Shown here: piece after piece, positions 55,992 through 64,000 of the stretch
Numbering within the stretch: the first letter of the stretch is position 1
Layout of the letters: each line of letters starts with the position of its first letter
Source of the DNA: Amoebidium appalachense
Lineage: Eukaryota > Protista > Ichthyosporea
Assembly: GCA_963693365.1 (NCBI GenBank)
Contig: CAVNZM010000010.1
Location: forward strand, 7,875,794-7,939,793
DNA length: 64,000 nucleotides
Direction of reading: 5' to 3'
The notes under the pieces: generated by a model
What the model was told of the DNA's origin: nothing
The model's input: the letters and a program-made list of their open reading frames with translations, nothing else
The model's database searches: none
Position numbers and translations under genes: made by a program

Positions 55992-56360
55992 TATTATGTC
56001 CGCACCAATAGGACTCACTCTGACCTAAGAATTGAACCATATATGGTTCTTCAGCTGCATACCACATAAACGAAGTGAACCAATAAGAGGTTTGCATAAA
56101 TAGGACAAAGGTCTGACTGGCTCGGACCGCACCAGAATCACGAATGGCATGTTGCCACCCGCGCTGGCCGCGGATGAACCAATCCTGGGCCTTGATCCGA
56201 AACCTGGGGGCTATATAACAAAGCCGTCCCAGTACGGGGATCATCAGTGAAGTCTGAGACAGACTGAGTCGGCCCATAGTAAAAGCAACCTGGCCGCGTG
56301 TGCCTTTCTACCCGTTCTCTGTCTTTATTTTGATTCAGTTGTACTCTGCCTTATCCTAAC
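55992..56360 (+). repeat. Possible degenerate solo LTR or promoter-bearing repeat
   Basis: Starts TATTATGTCCGCACC (compare TRIM LTR TGTTATGTGGCTCACC), has several CCAAT boxes, CTATATAA at 56211 and AGTAAA at 56278. No TSD found. Confidence 0.3.
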
Positions 56361-56372
56361 TAGTCCAACTGT

Positions 56373-58053
56373 TTACAGCACCCCCACGGGAAAAAACACC
56401 TCCTCCGGTTGCAAGGGGGTACTGGCACTTGCCAGCTGTTGCACCACCGGCCACCACAACGTCGTGTCCCACTCGGGCACGACAAGGATGCTGGTGGCCC
56501 CCTCACGCTGAATTTTCGCCACTGTGCGCTTGATGAGGGGGAAAGGTGGAGCCCACCAGAGCTGGGGGATGCCCACACATTGAACTGCCTGCAGCAGCGG
56601 CTTGGTGGCGGACACAGGGTTGGCGACCGGTCAACCTCAGTGTTGATGCCCAAATCGCGCTCAACGCGCGCCACCCCCTCAGCAGACACCTGCCACTCGT
56701 GGCGCGGGTCGACCCGCGACAGCCAATCAGCACGGTCGTTGAGCCACCCTGGAACGTAGGCGACCTCCTGCGGCCACGGCAACCCCTCCCGCAGGCACAA
56801 CTCCAGCAGCTGCCACAACACGCGCTGCATGGCAGGGCTGCCACTGCCCTTCTTGCGGACAGCGCCCAGCGCCGCCTGGGCATCGGCCTGCCACTGCACC
56901 CGCTGGCCCCGCAACCTCTCCTGCATGGCAGGGGACCGATAGGCCTCAAGCAGGCCCTCGGCGATGGCTGCCGCCCTGGGCCGGTCAGTGGCCGGCCAGC
57001 GGCCAGCAGCCTCTAGCACGGCGTCCGCAGGCAAACCCAACTGCAGCACCGCACCCCACCCGTGCGTAGACAGGCCGCACCACGGTCAACACATGTGGCA
57101 CGGCTGCGCGCAGGCTGAGCACAAGGCCCAACCATCGCGCCACCAGCTTCTTTTCCACCCACCGTTTTGCCTTCCGGGCCTTGCCCATGAGTAGGCGGGT
57201 TTCCTCAACCAACTTTTCCATAGAGGCCACGGTTGGGGACAGCAGCCCCTCGGCCAAATCCGCATGAATACCGAGATGATCGAACTGCTCAGCTGGTTCC
57301 CACTGCCCCTTCTCGGGGTTACGGCTGAGCCCAGTGGCACCCAGCTCCTGCACGACTACCGCACGAGCTTCCAACACAGTCGCCGCCGCCTCAAACACTG
57401 CCAAATCATCCAAAAATCCCAGTGCCCGCACCCCACGCCGACGGAGACGTCGCCCGAATTCACGCATGAGACGGGTGAAGAAACATGGACTGAGCGAATA
57501 GCCGAAAGGCAAGACTGTATATATACTGATACAGCTGGCCACCCACACGGATTTGAAAACACTTGCGCCACCGCGGCGCAATAGCCAACGCAAAATAACC
57601 GTCCTCCAGGTCGAAGCTAAACCCTTTATCGCCCGGCTGGGCAATAACCCGAAGATCACTGAGGGTTTCGTACTTCAGCCCGTGATAAACGGCATATTCA
57701 TTGACCGGCCGCATATCAAATATGAGGCGCACCTTGCCGTTTGGTTTCCGCACACCAAACGACGTCGACACACAGTGCGCCTTATTTTCTGACACCTTCT
57801 CAAGCGCGCGCCCTTACTTAGCAACCGCGCTACTTCCACCACAGCCTCCGCCTCGCTCACATCTCCCAAGTCCAAATACACACCGTTATCGTATGGGGCT
57901 GGTGGGCCATCGCGCCATTGGGGGGTGATGCCGTTCTTAATCCAAAAGAGCACCCGTCCCCCGCGCTCCCACTCGTCATAACAGGCGTACACGCTGGTAA
58001 AGAGGCACAAAGGGCGCGCCCTCCACCGGGCTTGAGACAGGTGGTGGTGTCAT
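56373..58053 (-). pseudogene. DIRS-type pol: reverse transcriptase, RNase H and Dam-like methyltransferase (MT) domain, frameshifted
   Basis: FGVRKPNGKVRLIFDMRPVN, FSFDLEDGYF, YTVLPFGYSLSP, GFLDD, DHLG. RNase H: QADAQAA...KKGSGS...YVPGWLNDRADWLSR. MT: WWAPPFPLI...ILVVPEW...WWP. Confidence 0.85.
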
Positions 58054-60772
58054 TACTGCCTTGGTGCGGCCTCACTGGCCAGCACACGCTTACCAAGACA
58101 GGAAAGGAGCAGCGCACACGCGCCATTGCACTACTAAGACTTGGCGCACACGCGCCCCACAGCTAGTCACTGGGCTGCCCACGCGGGCTAAAGAACAGCT
58201 AGAAACACTAAAACCTGTGCTTGTGGGTGTTGCGGAACTGGCAGATCTACACATTGGATCTCCATCACCATGATGGGGCAACTGCACTCGCCAACTTGGA
58301 ACTTGAAACTCTGTCTGCACACGCAGCTAGAGGGCGTCTAGAGCCTTAACGTTCACTAGCTATATTGGCGCACACGCGCCCTACAAGCGTTCAGGTCACT
58401 AGACCGGCCTCACTAGCGCACGCTCTCCGAAGAGAAGCGGCGAGGATAAGAGCTGGGTGGAGTGACTACGAAACCGCTCCTTATATACAAGTCGCTTCTA
58501 CCAGGCATCATTCGGCCGAATATAAGGGATAAATAGAATTGTCCAATCAATTCGACCATGATCGATGATCGATGACAACGAAACCGCTCCTTATATACAA
58601 CTAGCCAATTCTTGGTTCTGCGTGCCCCCTGGCGGGGGCACGCCTTACGGGTCTGAAGCCTTTGGCACGCACACACACGCGCACAAACACCTGTAAACAG
58701 TGGTATAGCGCATGAACGTTCACATACACATCACAAGCACGCGCACGTCATGTACACTTGAACGCACCACGCATACATGTGCACAAACACACACACACAA
58801 ACACACACACACACACACACTTAGCCATCAAAGGTTAGTCTTCATGCAACTACATAAGTGACACTGCAGCTGATTGTGGAGTCTTGCCCAAGCAGTCACC
58901 CATGCATGCATACCCGCCAATCGGCACAGGCCTAAAATTTTACAAATAGGCCTAGGCATGCATATATATGCCATGCCTGAGTCAGCCTGAGTCGCCACGT
59001 AAATGTATACATCCACATGACACACGTACGCGCACCCGCAACGGCGCACGCAAGCGCGTAGACTACTCAGCGTAGTACTCCGTGACGGTCCCACGTGCAC
59101 GGACGCGCCCGGAACTCCGCCGCTCAGGCACGAATAGCCGGTGATCATCATAGACGGTCTGACGCCAGCAGCAGAGGATCTAGATCTAGATCTCCTGGGC
59201 CAATCATTGAGAGATTTGCCAGAGAATGATCTTGTAAATCCGGTATACAGCCGCACACTAGTCCGCACATTGGCCCTTGACGCGGGCGCAGTCACAGTGA
59301 CTGCATGGGCTGCACGACGCGTGCGGCATGCACAGTCTCGAAGTGTGTCACTTGCAGGTTTTGATAGGCACTTACCTTTGCGCATACCATGTTTCCGTGC
59401 CGTACATATAAGAAGTTTTTGCTAGCGTGATATTCATGTTAACACAAAGATGAAATCACAAAATAGAAGTATGTTGGCGGCGCGGGCCCGGACCCGGCCC
59501 GGCCCACCGTTCTACACGCTGAACCCTTGTTAGCCCCAAAGTGACCTTTAGATCCATGCGCAGCTGCCTTATATAGTATGATCTGAAACTTTTGTCCAAT
59601 GAAAATCGTTATCGCTCCCAATTTGGAAAGTGACTTTCGGGCGAAAAAACTACCTAATCGGATCGCTAAAACGGTTTGGGTCTCTGCACGGTAGTATACC
59701 CGTGACTACTGAACCGGCCCGTATGAAAGGGATAGATATACGCGGCAGCGTTTTGATTCCTTTGCCAACTTCATGCCGAGTGAAGGGAGTACTTGTTTGT
59801 GTACTTACCCCCCCCCAAATGAAAATTTTTGTGTTTTTCAATTTAAAGGTTTGGGCATTTCAGGGGCTGAACATCAGCATATATATGAATGACAGCGTAT
59901 GCGCGCAGCGTGCATGCTTTGGTGTCATCGATTGCATGATCATGAACATATATCCGGTTTATTTTGTTGTCAAAAAAAAGCATAAGCTATCTCTAATATA
60001 TAGTAAGCTATGAAGCCCAAATACGGAACGACACCCCTCAAACAACAGTTCTTTCCATCAAAGAGCACCCCTATTTCTGGTGTTATCTCTGATCCACACC
60101 CGCGCCGCTATCTGCATGCGGAGCTTATGCCCCAGTGTACACGTGCATCATGTGCATGCCTGACTGATCATGCATGTGCCCATGATCGAATAGACTCTAC
60201 GCACATCATGTGCGCCGTGCGGGGTAGGGGCACGCACATCATGTGGGCCGTGGACGTCATGTCCCGTGTACTTATGACACATCGTATACATACATGTTGT
60301 GCCCACGCACGTAAGGTGCCCATTATGTACGTGAATATGTACGTGAAACTGGCCCATCTTCTCATTCAATAAAGGGCTGTGGAGCTCGTCAGTCTTGAAC
60401 ACCCATGACAAAAGCCTCACGTTCGTTAGGTCTTACGTGAATTCGAACCTGACAGTGATATTCAAGAAAATTGTGGAGCCTAAGCTTGTGTTCCGTTTTA
60501 CACGATTCGGAACCTGAAAAGGCTTTGGGATACTGCCTTGAAATTATTGTGAGAGTTTCGGAGGTTTCCCACGTGCTGCTCAGGATCTGATGCTTGGCGT
60601 ATATATGCTCTCTTTAGAATCTGTACTGATACTGAATTCGAAGTCGCTTCTACCAGGCATCGCCGCATCATCATCAATAGTGAAACTATTTCGATTGGTT
60701 CTTCGAATCATTGACCTGATTGGGTGTAATACACCAATTATCTTTCAAGAAAGAATAATTGCTGTGTATTCC

Positions 60773-60817
60773 ACCAATCATGGTCTGGCGCTGAATCTTG
60801 GCTGCAGGCTATATAAG
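60773..60817 (+). promoter_or_regulatory. CCAAT plus TATA (CTATATAAG) promoter of the second DIRS-like element
   Basis: CCAAT near 60774 and TATATAA near 60810, ~190 nt upstream of ORF1. Confidence 0.45.
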
Positions 60818-61005
60818 CTGCAGCCGAGAGAAGCCTTGATCAGTCTTCCCTCACTCAGCGCCACTTGTAAAGCGCTGAGTTGTTAGTGTGGGCTCACGAT
60901 AGCTTGTAGATCGGCCCCTCCTCTGAGGGCACTAAGTTGCCATGACCGACCAGTACGCGACGCGTCTCACCGAGTTCCTGCCCAGCGCGGGCGACACCAC
61001 AAGCG

Positions 61006-61626
61006 ATGCCCGCTCCGAACGCTGGCCCCCCCCCGCCATTGGTACTTATCAAGACCCGCACCCAAGTTGCCCTAGCCACCCCCGCACTTCGCGACGTTGC
61101 CAACCTCCTGTGTGAACAAGGGCTGTTCGATGGTCCCGAACCATTGGATCCTCAGTGGGGGTGGCTCGACAAGGTGTCTGCTGGTGCCCGGGAAGAGTGT
61201 TGCACACTCATTGGTGCTCTGTCTGCTCTCATCCAGGGTGCCAACCTTGCCGCGGCTAAGGCAACAACCGAGGGTCACATGATCAAGCTGCTGCTTCAGT
61301 ACCAGTGTGACGTCGTCCACATGCTGGCCTCCCGGCTCAACTACCAGAAGATGCGTGCTCAGTATGGTGCTGCAGTTGCCGATTTCGCCAAGGCCGAAGT
61401 TGAGGGTGTCAGCTCCCACGAGTTCCTGCCCGCCTGGAACCATGGTCTAGTGGCCGCCAGGCAGAAGGCCGCCAGCCTCCAGCTCGCCCACTCCAGTACT
61501 GCCCGCCGCAACCCCGCCCGTAGTGGAGGCTTCGGCAACGACCAGACTTCACCCAGCCCGTCCAATGGTGCCGGCCGTGGGCGTGGGGCTCCTCGTCGTG
61601 GGGCTCCCGCCCCGGCCGATCACTAA
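61006..61626 (+). CDS. DIRS-like ORF1 (gag-equivalent), 206 aa
   Basis: Intact GC-rich ORF with a helical core and RG-rich tail, directly upstream of and in frame with the RT. Confidence 0.65.
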   Translation: MPAPNAGPPPPLVLIKTRTQVALATPALRDVANLLCEQGLFDGPEPLDPQWGWLDKVSAGAREECCTLIGALSALIQGANLAAAKATTEGHMIKLLLQYQCDVVHMLASRLNYQKMRAQYGAAVADFAKAEVEGVSSHEFLPAWNHGLVAARQKAASLQLAHSSTARRNPARSGGFGNDQTSPSPSNGAGRGRGAPRRGAPAPADH

Positions 61627-62529
61627 CTGACGGCCCCGCGTCCCGTACACCCCACTCCCCTCTATCAGAGAGTACGGGATCACGCAGCGGAGTGGGCAAG
61701 GAACGGCGCCAGTTCCTTTGTCCTCAGATGGATTCGTCAGGGCGTCCTTCCTCGTTGGGGCCCTTCAGGCCCTCCCCCCCCAGCAGACCATGGCTACTAT
61801 ATCCCGGTGGACAATGTGCCCGAGTCTACCATGCTGGATCTGGCCCTGGAGATGGTGGCCCATGGCGAGCTGGAGGAGATTTCTGTCAGCCAATCATATT
61901 GCGTTCATCCTTGCTTCACGGTCGCCAAATCCGATGGATCCCGGCGACCAATCATCGATCCGTATTTGACCAATTCTGCATGCCTCCCCCTGCACACCAA
62001 GTTCGACAACGTCCACGACCTGGCAGTGTTGGCGCGGCGGGGGGATCTCGGCTTCAGCTTCGACCTGAAGTCGGGTTACCACGCTCTCTCCCTTCACCCG
62101 GCCATCCGCAAGTACTTCCAGTGCCGAGTCCAGGGCCGCCTGTTTCAGTACTGCGTCCTCCCCTTCGGTTGGTCGCAGAGCCCCTGGTTCTTCACCCAGC
62201 TCATGCGTTGCTTCGGACGTACTCTGCGCCGGCTTGGGGTACGGGCGTGTATTTATTTGGACGATTTTTTGATTGTCGATCGACCCCCCCGGATTTATGG
62301 GGTTCGGGACCGGGTGGCCCAGCTGTTGGCGGCCCACGGTCTGCAGCGCCAGCCCACCAAGGGTCACTGGGAACCGACCCACATCCTCGACCATTTGGGG
62401 GTCACCGTCGATCTGCTTCATGGCCAGTTACGCCCTACCTCGGCCTCTCTTGCCAAGATTCGGGAGGCCACAGTGTCGTGGCAACAACCCAGAGTGTATA
62501 TGAACTACTCTAACTATCTGCACGCTTAA
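61627..62529 (+). CDS. DIRS-type reverse transcriptase, 3'-truncated near 62480 (no RNase H, MT or YR)
   Basis: W...GASSFVLRWIRQGV, FTVAKSDGSRRPIID, FSFDLKSGYH, YCVLPFGWSQSP, IYLDDFL, DHLGVTVD. The frame is open from the ORF1 stop. Confidence 0.88.
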   Translation: MTAPRPVHPTPLYQRVRDHAAEWARNGASSFVLRWIRQGVLPRWGPSGPPPPADHGYYIPVDNVPESTMLDLALEMVAHGELEEISVSQSYCVHPCFTVAKSDGSRRPIIDPYLTNSACLPLHTKFDNVHDLAVLARRGDLGFSFDLKSGYHALSLHPAIRKYFQCRVQGRLFQYCVLPFGWSQSPWFFTQLMRCFGRTLRRLGVRACIYLDDFLIVDRPPRIYGVRDRVAQLLAAHGLQRQPTKGHWEPTHILDHLGVTVDLLHGQLRPTSASLAKIREATVSWQQPRVYMNYSNYLHA

Positions 62530-63674
62530 AGGGGCTCGAAACCGTGTATACGTATAAACTTTTCTTTGAGTTGGGTGGGAAGCGAGTTTTTTGTGTTCTG
62601 AGAAGAACTTCCAAAAGCCCGCGACCCCGCGAGACACTTCACAGACACGCGGCCCACTGGCCAGACAAATGCCACAGTGACATTCAGCCAATCACAACAC
62701 TCCCTCCCCCACAGACTACACGCTGACAACACACGCACTCCACACCATTGGCTACCGCCACCTGAGACACCCCTACAGCACTACAACACGTACACACCTT
62801 TACTAACAATACATATAAGCATACACACACGCGAGCAGGCAACATGGGTCTCGCCAAGCACACAGCAAGAAGCAATACAACATATAACATGCAGAGTACG
62901 CAGAGGCATGGGGCATGCACGCGCGCACCAAACAATCAGCCGCCGCTGCATCAGGTTCTCCCCATACCACTGATTAATCTCCCAATACCCCACTTAGACC
63001 CCGGCATCACTATGCAAGAAAACCCCCGAAATTCACTCACCAAAACACGAAATATAGAAGCAAACTAATACGAATCAGCTCAGCACATGACAACTCCCCC
63101 CTCGCACAGAAAATAACTGAGTTCCACCTCAGTAAAAACTACCTAAAAACAAAATAAAGTTATGTGCTGAGCGACTACAACTACCGCTACCCATGCAGGA
63201 AAAGCAACATTTAACATATAACATAAAACATATACATGCATCCACACACCACCCCACCATGGTTAATACCCAACCCAACCCCAAAACAAGGATAATTATG
63301 AACCGCCACTGACGTTGCCCTGTAGATGCACCTCTGCCCCCGTCCACAACCTGCACCCAAAACCCCATGCCCCTGGCACAATGTTATATCGAGTGGAACA
63401 TAGCAACAGACATGATAACAGACACCATCCATACAACCACACTCAGCATGCCCCATCCACAAAGAATTCCTAACACATTGTCCAAACATGCCATGACGAA
63501 CACCTCCAGACTCATGTGACGTACACCTCCAGACTCTCTTGCTGGCCATTCCTCTACCCGACAAAGACTCCTACTACGTAGGTCCCGGTGGTTTGGGAAT
63601 GCCTCCGCCCCAACCGTGCCCTACACAGCGGTGTGTCTAAGGCCTACTGCTGCACTGGGCACCACAACACTACT

Positions 63675-63757
63675 CAACAACACTACGGGCAGCCACTCCA
63701 AAGGGCCTCAACACCAGGCCCAGGGCAGCCACTCCAAGGGGCCTCAGCACCAGGCCC
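63675..63757 (+). repeat. Two near-identical ~36-bp repeats
   Basis: GGGCAGCCACTCCAARGGGCCTCARCACCAGGCCC twice. Confidence 0.75.
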
Positions 63758-64000
63758 TTTGACGACGGGGGTTCACAACAGTGGGGGCCTGCCACTGCCA
63801 TGACTACACTTCGACCCCCCCCCCAGCCCCCTCGTCAGAGGGCCGAGCTCCCAGACAGCAGCAGGACTTTCTATTCCACTGACCCTAACCAGACACGTCG
63901 CCAACACAGGACTTATACACACCTCGAAAACGCCAGGCACCAGTAGAAAACTCAGCGAAAAAACACACCACACAACTCCCATACAACAACAACTTGAACA

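Noticed and set aside
58163-58169. TGA-CTAG readthrough motif upstream of DIRS pol
   Set aside because: It is followed by several in-frame stops. The junction homologous to element 2 is the TAATG at 58055-58051.
58828-60400. ORFs or a tyrosine recombinase between the two DIRS elements
   Set aside because: No R-HxxR-Y recombinase motif or other recognisable domain.

Overview
Eukaryotic genomic DNA with spliceosomal introns packed with (CA)n, (GA)n and poly-C/poly-G tracts. The style suggests a unicellular eukaryote, possibly a holozoan, but the host cannot be determined from the sequence. Almost all long ORFs in the supplied track are microsatellite artefacts, so the gene models below were rebuilt by hand from splice sites and intron phases. 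(1) A ~16-kb minus-strand, intron-containing Helitron2/HLE2-like element encodes a spliced ~2330-aa protein: Zn-knuckle and 11-aa repeats, DUF6570-like region, HUH Rep (motif 2 split by an intron), Pif1 helicase, four tandem 66-nt mini-exons, and a C-terminal OTU-like protease. A complete 569-bp TRIM with an atypical primer-binding site sits in one of its introns, and a 375-bp element with a related terminus lies at 41 kb. (2) Three host genes on the + strand: a 3-KH PCBP/hnRNP K-type protein with a GC-AG intron, a 20-exon ~790-aa unknown protein with a myristoylation motif and a ParB/DUF262-like motif, and a bZIP transcription factor. (3) Decayed non-LTR retrotransposon pieces. (4) Two divergently oriented DIRS-order retroelement remnants with informative gag/pol junctions, plus a piggyBac-like MITE and several local repeats. 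Domain calls rest on motif recognition only; no searches were run.
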